A stretch of DNA of 64,000 bases, taken from a virus. Taxonomy: Duplodnaviria; Heunggongvirae; Uroviricota; Caudoviricetes. The notes beneath the pieces were generated by a model, which did not search any database, had not been told where the DNA came from, and saw only the letters and a program-made list of their open reading frames with translations. Made by a program: the position numbers and the translations under genes. Positions 8,339 to 16,021 of the stretch are shown one piece after another (the first letter of the stretch is position 1; each line of letters begins with the position of its first letter). The DNA lies in IMG/VR virus record IMGVR_UViG_3300023184_000047, positions 34,057 through 98,056 of that record; one strand, written 5' to 3'.

Positions 8339-8845
8339 ATGAGTAAGTACCAAAAAACACTGGTAATCGATTCAAGCTTTATGGCAAGAAGCATTATCTC
8401 TACCGAAAGAGCTTTCGTGATTTCGTATAAGGGCAATGCAGAAATAATAGCTGAACACCCAGAAACATTTGGATTAGTAAATCCTAATCTAGAAATTTTT
8501 AAACCTTCAATCATTAGGGTTTACAAATACGTAAAACAAAACATTCAAAAAGTTCCTCTAACAAGAGAAAATGTTTATCGAAGAGATAATTACGAATGTG
8601 TTTATTGTGGATCAAGCCACTTGAAGTCACTAACACTTGATCATGTCATTCCACAATCAAAAGGTGGACAAAATGCTTGGGATAATTTAGTAACAGCATG
8701 TAGAAGATGTAATCATGAAAAAGCAGATTTAACTCTTGAGGAATATGGTAAAGAAATAGTAGAACCAAAAAGACCTCACTATTTTATGCTTATGAAGCAG
8801 TTAACACACATTCCAGTAGAATGGGAAAAGTTTTTACTTTTTTAG
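8339..8845 (+). CDS. HNH homing endonuclease inserted in the tRNA array
   Basis: CVYCGSSHLKSLTLDHVIPQSKGGQNAWDNLVTACRRCNHEK is the canonical HNH/ββα-Me motif with a Cys4 zinc site. A 59-aa ORF sits just upstream (8152..8331). Confidence 0.8.
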   Translation: MSKYQKTLVIDSSFMARSIISTERAFVISYKGNAEIIAEHPETFGLVNPNLEIFKPSIIRVYKYVKQNIQKVPLTRENVYRRDNYECVYCGSSHLKSLTLDHVIPQSKGGQNAWDNLVTACRRCNHEKADLTLEEYGKEIVEPKRPHYFMLMKQLTHIPVEWEKFLLF

Positions 8846-8873
8846 TAAAAAAGTTTGGATATTAAAAAATAAG

Positions 8874-8893
8874 TTCGTATATTTAAGTATAAT
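8874..8893 (+). promoter_or_regulatory. class-A promoter-like motif (second tRNA sub-cluster)
   Basis: aagTTCGTATATTTAAGTATAATtaaag. Confidence 0.45.
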
Positions 8894-9062
8894 TAAAGAG
8901 ATACAAAAATCGGAATTGACCGAGGCATGTGATTAACAGTATTGTACTGACTCGCTTAAGCCCTAAGAGCACTTTAATTTTAAATATAAATCATCTACTA
9001 CATAACACGGCGCCAAATTAATTGTGACATGTACTGTCTGGAAGGTCAGGCTAGGTGAATAG

Positions 9063-9132
9063 GGGCAGGATGGTTATGGAGACCGGCGGGATTGCAAACT
9101 CCGCAGAGTAAGTTCGATTCTTACCTTGCCCT
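9063..9132 (+). tRNA. tRNA-Cys(GCA)-like
   Basis: Acceptor gggcagg/cttgccc. T-arm gtaag-TTCGATT-cttac perfect. Anticodon loop tTGCAaa on a 4-bp stem. D-arm weak. Confidence 0.45.
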
Positions 9133-9227
9133 CTTTTAAGGTTCGACCCTCTACCAAATGTGTTACACCCACAGATGGATACCGAGAGGGAGCTACCGAC
9201 TGATAAGTGACCGCACATGCGGTAAAT

Positions 9228-9340
9228 GGCAAGGTGGCGGAATGGTAAACGCACTGAATAGTTAAACAGAGTGGATAAGTCGCATTATAGTTGAAATACA
9301 CATAAGACCCACGTGCAGGTTCAATTCCTGTCCTTGGCCA
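9228..9340 (+). pseudogene. aberrant 113-nt tRNA-like gene (tRNA with about 40-nt insertion, or pseudo-tRNA)
   Basis: Clean 5' half ggcaagg-tg-gcgg-aatggtaaa-cgc. T-arm gcagg-TTCAATT-cctgt. Acceptor partner ccttggc (6 of 7 paired). No canonical 5-7-5 anticodon arm in the 62 nt between them. Confidence 0.3.
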
Positions 9341-9352
9341 CAAAAATAAATT

Positions 9353-9426
9353 GCTCCGGTGCTGGAACTGGTATACAGGGCGGTCTTAGAAACCGTTTAT
9401 TGAGGGTTCGAATCCCTCCTGGAGTA
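9353..9426 (+). tRNA. tRNA-Leu(TAG) with short variable arm (atypical for Leu)
   Basis: Acceptor gctccgg/ctggagt. Anticodon stem gcggt/accgt with loop cTTAGaa. Variable region only 5 nt. T-arm gaggg-TTCGAAT-ccctc. Confidence 0.55.
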
Positions 9427-9431
9427 CAAAA

Positions 9432-9498
9432 TTACAGTTAGCTTATAGTAAAGCAGCAGGGGCTAACCTGCAGAACGGATACGAAAACCGGCTGTAAT
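9432..9498 (+). tRNA. tRNA-like with CUA (amber-reading) anticodon and degenerate T-arm; possible suppressor or pseudo-tRNA
   Basis: Acceptor ttacagt/gctgtaa (6 bp plus one G.U). D-stem gctt/aagc perfect. Anticodon stem gcagg/cctgc perfect with loop ggCTAac. T-region cgg-atacgaaaa-ccg is non-canonical. Length 67 nt. Confidence 0.35.
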
Positions 9499-9503
9499 TA
9501 AAT

Positions 9504-9576
9504 GCTTCCTTAGCTCAATTGGCAGAGCACTTGTTTTGTAAACAAGAGGTTATCGGATCGTGGCCGGTAGGAAGCT
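9504..9576 (+). tRNA. tRNA-Thr(TGT) with non-canonical T-loop
   Basis: Acceptor gcttcct/aggaagc perfect. D-stem gctc/gagc perfect. Anticodon stem cttgt/acaag perfect with loop tTTGTaa. T-arm atcgg-ATCGTGG-ccggt lacks TTC. Confidence 0.65.
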
Positions 9577-9627
9577 CAAATGGTCTGAGGGAGTCCTTTA
9601 AGGAATAAATAGCCTGTCCCTCTCTAT

Positions 9628-9701
9628 GCAATTATAGTGTTCAACGGCTAGCACGTGGGCCTTCCAAGTCTGAAGTTTCGGTTCGAATCCGAATAATTGC
9701 T
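9628..9701 (+). tRNA. tRNA-Gly(TCC)
   Basis: Acceptor gcaatta/taattgc perfect. D-stem gtgt/gcac. Anticodon loop cTTCCaa (stem with three G.U). T-arm ttcgg-TTCGAAT-ccgaa perfect. Confidence 0.7.
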
Positions 9702-9752
9702 CAAGGGTGTGTGGGAACCCAAGAATATGTGATGAACATATACCCACAATCT

Positions 9753-9824
9753 GCTGCGTTAGTGAAGGGGTTAACACGTATCACTTTCTATGATAAGGCA
9801 CGGGTTCGAATCCCGTACGCAGTA
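9753..9824 (+). tRNA. tRNA-Glu(TTC)
   Basis: Acceptor gctgcgt/acgcagt. Anticodon stem tatca/tgata with loop cTTTCta. T-arm acggg-TTCGAAT-cccgt. Confidence 0.75.
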
Positions 9825-9830
9825 CAATAA

Positions 9831-9902
9831 GGGGCTATAGTGAAATTGGCATCACGATAGATTTGCATTCTGTTATTCCGGGTTCGAATCCCGGTAGCTC
9901 CA
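9831..9902 (+). tRNA. tRNA-Ala(TGC)
   Basis: Acceptor ggggcta/tagctcc (G3.U70 present). D-stem gtga/tcac. Anticodon loop tTTGCat. T-arm ccggg-TTCGAAT-cccgg. Confidence 0.75.
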
Positions 9903-10010
9903 CAAAATTAGGAAGTAAAGACTGAGCAGGACACCGTAAAATGATTCGCAACATTAGAGCTGTTTCTTTTTTTAATATGTGAAAGCGAGATATTAAAACC
10001 TAATTTTTTT

Positions 10011-10082
10011 GGTCTATTCGTTCAACGGCTAGGATACTACCCTGTCACGGTAGGGATGAGAGTTCGATTCTCTCATAGACCG
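10011..10082 (+). tRNA. tRNA-Asp(GTC)
   Basis: Acceptor ggtctat/atagacc perfect. Anticodon stem ctacc/ggtag with loop cTGTCac. T-arm gagag-TTCGATT-ctctc. Confidence 0.75.
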
Positions 10083-10091
10083 CTAATAAAT

Positions 10092-10164
10092 TGCGTTAAA
10101 GTGTAAAGGTTGCATCCTGGTCTCATAAGCCAGGGGGGTGGTTCGAGTCCACGTTACGCTACCA
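10092..10164 (+). tRNA. tRNA-Met(CAT) copy 2, CCA encoded, unpaired 1:72
   Basis: Anticodon stem ctggt/gccag with loop cTCATaa. T-arm ggtgg-TTCGAGT-ccacg. 3' end ...ttacgct-A-CCA. Position 1 (T) does not pair with position 72 (T). Confidence 0.5.
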
Positions 10165-10236
10165 GGCCTTGTAGCTCAAAGGAGGAGCAGTTCGCTCATA
10201 ACGAAAAGGTTGGGATATCATAATTCCCCAAGGCCA
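10165..10236 (+). tRNA. tRNA-Met/Ile(CAT) copy 3 with non-canonical T-loop
   Basis: Acceptor ggccttg/caaggcc perfect. D-stem gctc/gagc. Anticodon loop cTCATaa. T-region ggga-TATCATAAT-tccc lacks TTC. Directly abuts the previous tRNA. Confidence 0.55.
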
Positions 10237-10300
10237 CTAAATTTTATCCATTATGAGGTCAATTCCTTCGTCTCCAATGTAGGTTAGCTATTGCTAACTT

Positions 10301-10534
10301 ATGACTCAGAAATTGAGAATTTGGAGAGTAGTCCCTACCAGTAAGACTGGTGTTCAGGCTCCCACGTTTTTTGTTGAAACAACAGAGAATGGTAGAGAAG
10401 AAGCAGTAGCATCTGCAAACCGCCAAGCAAGACAAAGGTCAGGTTTGGGTAAGTTTAACAATTGGAATTTCGAATTAACCAAAATGAATGTCCGAGTTGA
10501 CAGACATGGAAAGTATATTCGTCATCACCAATAA
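10301..10534 (+). CDS. hypothetical small basic protein
   Basis: 77-aa ORF after the tRNA array. A hairpin (gttagc-tatt-gctaac) sits just before the ATG. Confidence 0.3.
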   Translation: MTQKLRIWRVVPTSKTGVQAPTFFVETTENGREEAVASANRQARQRSGLGKFNNWNFELTKMNVRVDRHGKYIRHHQ

Positions 10535-10603
10535 AAAGTATTTGAAGAAAGGTTTGGATATCTGGATCTTTCTTCGTATATTAAATAAAAAGAAATAAAA
10601 GTT

Positions 10604-10972
10604 ATGGAAAAAGAATTTATTCCTTACGAACAATCACTTGCTTTAAAAGAATTAGGATTTGATGAACCTTGTTTTGCTTTTTATGATGAAAGTTTATACT
10701 TTCCAAATAATAAAAATCAATATGGAACATTTTGTAATCAGCCACTAGATGCACCATCTTGTTCAGCACCACTTTACCAACAAGCATTTAGATGGTTTAG
10801 AGAGAAGTATAAACTAAGTGGTTTGATTGAGATTGGCACACAAGAATATTCTTTTTTTATTTTTAATGAAAGTGAGGATAGTAGAGAAGTGAGTAGTAAT
10901 ATTAATGGTTCTTACGAAGAAGCAGAACTTGAATGTCTTAAAAAATTAATAGAAATAGTAAAAAATAAATAA
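10604..10972 (+). CDS. hypothetical protein
   Basis: ORF, co-oriented. Confidence 0.4.
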   Translation: MEKEFIPYEQSLALKELGFDEPCFAFYDESLYFPNNKNQYGTFCNQPLDAPSCSAPLYQQAFRWFREKYKLSGLIEIGTQEYSFFIFNESEDSREVSSNINGSYEEAELECLKKLIEIVKNK

Positions 10973-10986
10973 TAAAAATCATAGTT

Positions 10987-11898
10987 ATGAAAAATTCATT
11001 AGCATCAAAAGGGTTATCAATGTCTCAAGCAGCTTCAATCTCTAACCTTTGTAACCAAAGAGCAAAAGAGATTTCTAGCCAATTAGACAACATCAACAAT
11101 GTGTCTAAAAAATTAACAATTGGTTCAGAGATTTATACTGAAACTCAAGGGAACCCAATCCCAGAAAACGTAGTACAGTTATTACAAGCAAAAGCAAGAT
11201 TATCTGCTACTCAAGCATTCTTGATGGAGAACATCAAAGCAAAAGATGAACTGATTAACAAAATCAAATACGAAGGATTCAAATATGATGTTGAAGCTCC
11301 AGTACGTCCTGCAGTAATCTCAGAAACACTTCCAACAGAAGTGGATGAGGATTTTGGTTGGGGTACTCTAACTGCAGCCGAATACAACGAATACTTAGAA
11401 GCAGAGGCTTATGCTTCACATATTGGTCAGTTTATTCATAAAAGAGGAACTTTAGACCGTTTAAGAGCAGAACTTCCTACCATTAAAACTTTAGAGTTTA
11501 TGGAAATTGAAGTAGGAAAGAAAACTCCACTTAAAGTAACCATTCACCACACACCTGAGCAATTGCTTGCAATTCATGAAGAATTAGCAGCACTTCATAG
11601 AGGGTATGAGCAAAAAGTGAATTATTTCAAATCAAAAGCAAAGAATACAGTTACTTCTGAGAATGCTAGAGTTCAGAAAGAGAGAGGTGAGATTCAAGCA
11701 AGAGTGAATGCACAAAACTTAGAATTAGCAAATGAGTATAAGTTGGCTTATGATAAGTGGTTAGCAGATCAACGTAAAGCTCAACACGAGTTTGAGGAAA
11801 AACGTCAAGCAAGAATCCAAGAAGCTGTCAATTTAAAAATTAACGTAGCAGAAAGATTCCAGGACGTAGTGGATGAGTTCTTAAATCAATTAAAATAA
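10987..11898 (+). CDS. hypothetical protein (coiled-coil rich)
   Basis: 303-aa ORF. C-terminal half rich in heptad-like charged repeats. Confidence 0.45.
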   Translation: MKNSLASKGLSMSQAASISNLCNQRAKEISSQLDNINNVSKKLTIGSEIYTETQGNPIPENVVQLLQAKARLSATQAFLMENIKAKDELINKIKYEGFKYDVEAPVRPAVISETLPTEVDEDFGWGTLTAAEYNEYLEAEAYASHIGQFIHKRGTLDRLRAELPTIKTLEFMEIEVGKKTPLKVTIHHTPEQLLAIHEELAALHRGYEQKVNYFKSKAKNTVTSENARVQKERGEIQARVNAQNLELANEYKLAYDKWLADQRKAQHEFEEKRQARIQEAVNLKINVAERFQDVVDEFLNQLK

Positions 11899-11899
11899 T

Positions 11900-12094
11900 A
11901 TGAAAATATTAGTTGAGTCTGAGGAACTAAAACAAGAAATACTCGAACAGAGCCAATATATTCATGATTTTTTAATTGATAAGGATGATATTAAAAATCT
12001 AGGTAAGAACTGGATAGTAGGACTAGATTCAGATAAAGCAGGAATATTGATGCATTTGTATATTAATCCTGATCTAATAGAAGTAATAAAATAA
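11900..12094 (+). CDS. hypothetical protein
   Basis: ORF, co-oriented. Confidence 0.35.
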   Translation: MKILVESEELKQEILEQSQYIHDFLIDKDDIKNLGKNWIVGLDSDKAGILMHLYINPDLIEVIK

Positions 12095-12099
12095 TTTGG

Positions 12100-12425
12100 T
12101 ACCAAAGGGCTAAGCACAAGCCGATGCCCTAAGGTTTTATGCTGGGATAGTGGAGTCTTAAATTATAGATACATATAAAAATGACTTTTAATCATTCTAT
12201 GAGACACTTAAATGGCCCCGTGCCATTTAGACAGACACGCTTCCTTACAAACTTTAAAAACTGAGATAGAACTCAACAGCTAGACATGTTACTCCTACTG
12301 GGAGAATAAAAGTGGCTAGCAACTTTGAGACTTAGGTTTTGTCCTTGCCTTTGTGGTAAGGAAGGTCCTTGACCTTGATTTTGCATTTGACCTAGTCTAT
12401 ATGCTTTACATCCCAGCAACAATTT
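12100..12425 (+). ncRNA. candidate structured non-coding RNA (unclassified)
   Basis: About 325-nt ORF-free stretch with locally higher GC. Long-range complement tatgctgggat (12138) with atcccagca (12410). Local hairpins aaatggc-cccgt-gccattt and ccttgcc-tttgt-ggtaagg. Followed by a terminator-like palindrome and a class-A promoter. Confidence 0.25.
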
Positions 12426-12468
12426 TTTTAAAAATAATTACAAAAAGGCTTGCTTACGTAAGTCTTTT

Positions 12469-12489
12469 TTCGTATATTTAAGTATAAAT
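12469..12489 (+). promoter_or_regulatory. class-A promoter-like motif
   Basis: tttttTTCGTATATTTAAGTATAAATttaaaa about 17 nt upstream of the ATG at 12506. Confidence 0.45.
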
Positions 12490-12505
12490 TTAAAACAAAA
12501 AGGTT

Positions 12506-12889
12506 ATGGAAAATTTAATTAAAATTGCAAAGTACGAAAAAACTGAACAAGGGTTTAATCATATTGGGTATGATGAGTATAGAATTACATACGGTAAAGC
12601 TCAAAAGGTTCATCAACTTAGAATCATAGTAAATGGTCAATACACTGAGCATAAAATAAATTTGATTGATGGTTGTAGTGGCTATAAACATGCTCTTCTA
12701 TCTGCAATTAGCGATTATAAAAATTGTCGTTTAAAAAATTACCCAAATCAGAGTGTAAAGAAAACAATAAAACTTGATGTGTTGCAACAAATTTATAGTA
12801 AAAACATTATTGCTAATGTAAAAAACTATTTATTGACAATAAACAAAGAAGAAAAAAGAGATACATTAACAAAATTTGAATTAATATAA
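12506..12889 (+). CDS. hypothetical protein
   Basis: ORF, co-oriented. Confidence 0.4.
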   Translation: MENLIKIAKYEKTEQGFNHIGYDEYRITYGKAQKVHQLRIIVNGQYTEHKINLIDGCSGYKHALLSAISDYKNCRLKNYPNQSVKKTIKLDVLQQIYSKNIIANVKNYLLTINKEEKRDTLTKFELI

Positions 12890-12897
12890 CTAAGGTT

Positions 12898-13548
12898 ATG
12901 AAACTAGTATTAGAAAAAGGACAGCAATTGTTCTTTACATCAGACACACATTACTCACACTCAAACATTTGTAGTGCTACTACAAACTGGTCAGTGAATG
13001 ATGGATATGCTCGTAAGTTTGATTCATTGGAAGATATGAACAACACTCTAGTGAATAACATTAACAACGTGGTTGGTGAAGATGATATCTTAATTCACTT
13101 AGGTGACTGGTCATTTGGAGGATTTGATAAGATTGAAGAATTTAGAAGTCAAATCAACTGTAAAAACATTCACTTAGTACTTGGAAACCACGATCATCAT
13201 ATTGAAAGAAACAAGGAAGATGTTCAAAAACTATTCTCCTCAGTACAACAATACTTGAGATTAGAAGTAAGAAGACCAATCAATAAAGCAACAACTGAGA
13301 AGTTTATTTTCGTGTGTATGCACTATCCAATTGCTTCTCATCACGATATGAATCAAGGTGTAATTCACTTGCATGGTCACGTTCATTTACCGTATCATCT
13401 ACGATTGGCAGAGGGTAAAGCAATGGATGTTGGAGTAGATGGAAATGAATTGGAGCCAATTTCAATGGACCAGGTATTAGGTATTATGGAAATGCAACCA
13501 ATTAAAAAATTAACCTTACCAAAGGACCACCATGAGCGTAGAATATAA
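12898..13548 (+). CDS. calcineurin-like metallophosphoesterase (candidate RNA-end healing phosphatase)
   Basis: Ordered motifs SDTHYSH, LGDWSFGG, LGNHDHH, MHYP and HGHVH match the DxH...GDxxD...GNH[DE]...H...GH signature. Confidence 0.7.
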   Translation: MKLVLEKGQQLFFTSDTHYSHSNICSATTNWSVNDGYARKFDSLEDMNNTLVNNINNVVGEDDILIHLGDWSFGGFDKIEEFRSQINCKNIHLVLGNHDHHIERNKEDVQKLFSSVQQYLRLEVRRPINKATTEKFIFVCMHYPIASHHDMNQGVIHLHGHVHLPYHLRLAEGKAMDVGVDGNELEPISMDQVLGIMEMQPIKKLTLPKDHHERRI

Positions 13549-13680
13549 ATAATTTAAGGTTTTTCATAAAAAGTTGATATTTATATGTATAGCGTCGGAC
13601 CTATATCATATCGAAAAAAATCAATGTAAAGCTTATGGCAAGTAGAGAGTCCGACCTCGAAAGCCTAAGCTTTTTTTATT

Positions 13681-14361
13681 ATGAAAAAGTGTAGTAAATG
13701 TAAGGAGATAAAGTCCTTAAGTGAATTTTATAAAGACAAACATAAGGTAGATGGAATAACTTCTAACTGTAAGATCTGTGTTAAGCAAGGAAGTAGTTTA
13801 TACTATAACCAAAATAAGGAAACAGTTATAGAAAGAACCTCAAAGTACGGTAAGGAGTACATGAAAGCTTATAGAGTACAGAATGTAGAGTATTTCCAAA
13901 ACTATCGTAAATCATACAGAGAATCTAATCCTGACTATCAGAAACAGTACCATCAACAGTACTATGCAGAAAATAAAGAATCTCTAAATGAATATCAAAA
14001 AGAATGGAACAAAATAAATATTCACAGCACTAAATGGAGAAGCCTTCTATCTGAAACAGTAAAAAGATTAGGACAGAGAAAAGAAAGTAGTACATCAAAC
14101 CTACTAAAATACTCAGCCTTAGAATTAAAAGAACATCTAGATTCTTTAGGAATGATTTGGGATTATCATCAAATTGATCACAAAGTACCTGTTACTTGGT
14201 TTAAGGAAGATACACCTCCTCATATTGTAAATGATCTAAGAAACCTACAACCACTCTCTCCCGAAGAAAATCAAATTAAAGGAAACAGATTTAGTAGTAA
14301 CATTTCTGAAGATTATTTAGAATTAATTAAACCTTTTCTTAAAAATAATTTGGAAATATAA
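13681..14361 (+). CDS. HNH-family endonuclease with N-terminal Cys-rich region
   Basis: IDHKVPVTWF...NLQPLSPEENQIKGN is HNH-like. N-terminal CSKC...CKIC. Confidence 0.5.
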   Translation: MKKCSKCKEIKSLSEFYKDKHKVDGITSNCKICVKQGSSLYYNQNKETVIERTSKYGKEYMKAYRVQNVEYFQNYRKSYRESNPDYQKQYHQQYYAENKESLNEYQKEWNKINIHSTKWRSLLSETVKRLGQRKESSTSNLLKYSALELKEHLDSLGMIWDYHQIDHKVPVTWFKEDTPPHIVNDLRNLQPLSPEENQIKGNRFSSNISEDYLELIKPFLKNNLEI

Positions 14362-14368
14362 AAAATAG

Positions 14369-14389
14369 TTCGTATATTTAAGTATAAAT
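14369..14389 (+). promoter_or_regulatory. class-A promoter-like motif
   Basis: TTTGgaaatataaaaaatagTTCGTATATTTAAGTATAAAT: a TTTG lies about 20 nt upstream of the TAtaTTTA element. Confidence 0.45.
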
Positions 14390-14403
14390 TTAAAATAAAA
14401 GTT

Positions 14404-14787
14404 ATGAAGGAATTATTCCTACTTCGTGGATTACCTGGAGCAGGTAAATCAACATTGGCAAAGTCAATTGGAGGTTTCCATATTGAAGCAGATATGTTCT
14501 TTATGGAGGGAGATGAGTATAAATTTGAACCAGACCAATTAAGAGAAGCTCATGCTTGGTGTCGAAATGCAGTAAGTGTTTGGATGGTAAATAATACTGA
14601 AAAAATAGTAGTATCAAATACTTTTACTATGGAATTTGAAATGCAACCATACTTTGATCTAGCAAAAGAATACGGATACAGAGTATATTCTTTGATTGTA
14701 GAGAATAGACATAGAGGAGTAAATGAGCATGGAGTACCAGAAGAAAAATTAGTACAAATGAAAAATAGATTTGAAATTTGCTTGTAG
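14404..14787 (+). CDS. P-loop polynucleotide 5'-kinase-like protein (Pnk kinase-domain homologue)
   Basis: Walker A LRGLPGAGKSTLAKS. Downstream VVSNTF...LAKEYGYRV...NRHRG...VPEEKLVQM parallels the T4 Pnk kinase domain (ISDTNL...AKEYGWKV...RG.KAVP..VL). Ends with TAG. Confidence 0.6.
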   Translation: MKELFLLRGLPGAGKSTLAKSIGGFHIEADMFFMEGDEYKFEPDQLREAHAWCRNAVSVWMVNNTEKIVVSNTFTMEFEMQPYFDLAKEYGYRVYSLIVENRHRGVNEHGVPEEKLVQMKNRFEICL

Positions 14788-14835
14788 AATCAAAATAAAT
14801 TTCGTATATTTAGGTATAAATTTAAAACAAAGGTT

Positions 14836-15357
14836 ATGAAAGAAACATTTGAACAATACTTACAAAGACTAAAAGACAGACGTACAGAAGACGATTACAA
14901 GTACACTGATGAGGATTTTGAAAAGTATAAAGACTATATCTCAGATTGTTGTAAAAATGGAATGAGTGTTTACAAATGTCTTGAGTTGATGTATTTTGCT
15001 GAAAGAGATATGGATGATCAATTATTCAATAGAGAACCTAAACAAGAAACAGAGGTAAGTGATTTTATTAATAAACTAATGTACCGAATTAAAGTACTAA
15101 GAACTGGTATAGAAAATGCTTTAGTTTTAAATGATATTAATGAAGTAAAAAAAATTTTATCCAAGTCCTTAGAGGATGTACCAACAACCTCAGATGGAAA
15201 ATGGCAAAAAGAACAAGACAATACTGCAAATGAGATACTAGAATACATTTTACTAAATGATGATGGTGTTGGAATTGCATTAGGATACAATTCAAGAGAA
15301 ATGATAGAACAGTACTTTAAAACAATAAATTATGAAATCAATCAAAATAGGAAATAA
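14836..15357 (+). CDS. hypothetical protein
   Basis: ORF, preceded by the class-A motif at 14801. Confidence 0.4.
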   Translation: MKETFEQYLQRLKDRRTEDDYKYTDEDFEKYKDYISDCCKNGMSVYKCLELMYFAERDMDDQLFNREPKQETEVSDFINKLMYRIKVLRTGIENALVLNDINEVKKILSKSLEDVPTTSDGKWQKEQDNTANEILEYILLNDDGVGIALGYNSREMIEQYFKTINYEINQNRK

Positions 15358-15616
15358 TACATACGTACATGTTTTTCTTCATAAAATCCAAGTATCATTA
15401 GAAGAGGCAGTTGTTTCAAATGAAACCTGGGGATTTTTAGATTATGAAGAACAGGCAAATAGCTATATTGATGCTTTGGAAGGTCATGAATGTGTAGCAT
15501 TTTTAGAAGAATTACACAAAGTATGTGCTCAAAGAATTGTACAGCACTGGGAGGAATACGCTCCTAGCCAATTAAAAGAAAAACGTAATAAACAATATTT
15601 AAAGTTTAAAAAATAA
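15332..15616 (+). CDS. hypothetical protein
   Basis: ORF, co-oriented. Confidence 0.35.
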   Translation: MKSIKIGNNTYVHVFLHKIQVSLEEAVVSNETWGFLDYEEQANSYIDALEGHECVAFLEELHKVCAQRIVQHWEEYAPSQLKEKRNKQYLKFKK

Positions 15617-15620
15617 GAAA

Positions 15621-15767
15621 ATGGAAAAGTGTCCTAACTGCGATATAGAATTAGAATGGACAGGAGTATCTGACTGCTACTCAGGGGATGTACTAATGAC
15701 AGTTATATGCAAGTACTGTCCAGAATGTTTATACGTAACAGATGAATCTGTAAGACTATCTAAATAA
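15621..15767 (+). CDS. small Zn-ribbon protein (48 aa)
   Basis: Hand-translated MEKCPNCDIELEW...CKYCPEC with two CxxC pairs. Below the ORF-track size cutoff. Confidence 0.3.
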   Translation: MEKCPNCDIELEWTGVSDCYSGDVLMTVICKYCPECLYVTDESVRLSK

Positions 15768-15778
15768 AAAAGAAGAAA

Positions 15779-15997
15779 ATGTCAAATAAGGTAAAATTTA
15801 TCGGCAATGGAGATGAAATTTTTAAAGATGAAATTCATTATACATCACCGGTTGGAAGCGATTACACTTTATGTGGTCTAACACTTGATGGGGATTTTAT
15901 GACTTGTGGTCAATATGAAAAAACAAATAAAAATGTAAATTGTGAAAACTGTCAAGAAATTGTTGATTTTGCAAAAACTGTTAAAAAAACTTGGTAA
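15779..15997 (+). CDS. hypothetical Cys-containing small protein
   Basis: 72-aa ORF with C..C...CENC. Confidence 0.35.
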   Translation: MSNKVKFIGNGDEIFKDEIHYTSPVGSDYTLCGLTLDGDFMTCGQYEKTNKNVNCENCQEIVDFAKTVKKTW

Positions 15998-16021
15998 TTA
16001 AGGAATTTAAAAAAGAAGAAA

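Noticed and set aside
9051-9343. Minus-strand ORFs 9051..9254 and 9074..9343, and 8236..8514
   Set aside because: Same artefact over tRNA genes, or antisense to the HNH gene.
9432-9498. Genome-wide TAG-to-amino-acid recoding implied by the CUA tRNA
   Set aside because: Within this window TAG clearly terminates 2093..3145, 14404..14787 and 37085..37408, and the large structural ORFs need no recoding. The element is kept only as a finding, not as evidence for recoding.
12100-12425. Group I intron or RNase P / tmRNA identity for the structured region
   Set aside because: It is not inserted in any gene. I could not find the conserved P7/P4 or tmRNA tag-reading-frame features by eye. It is left unclassified.
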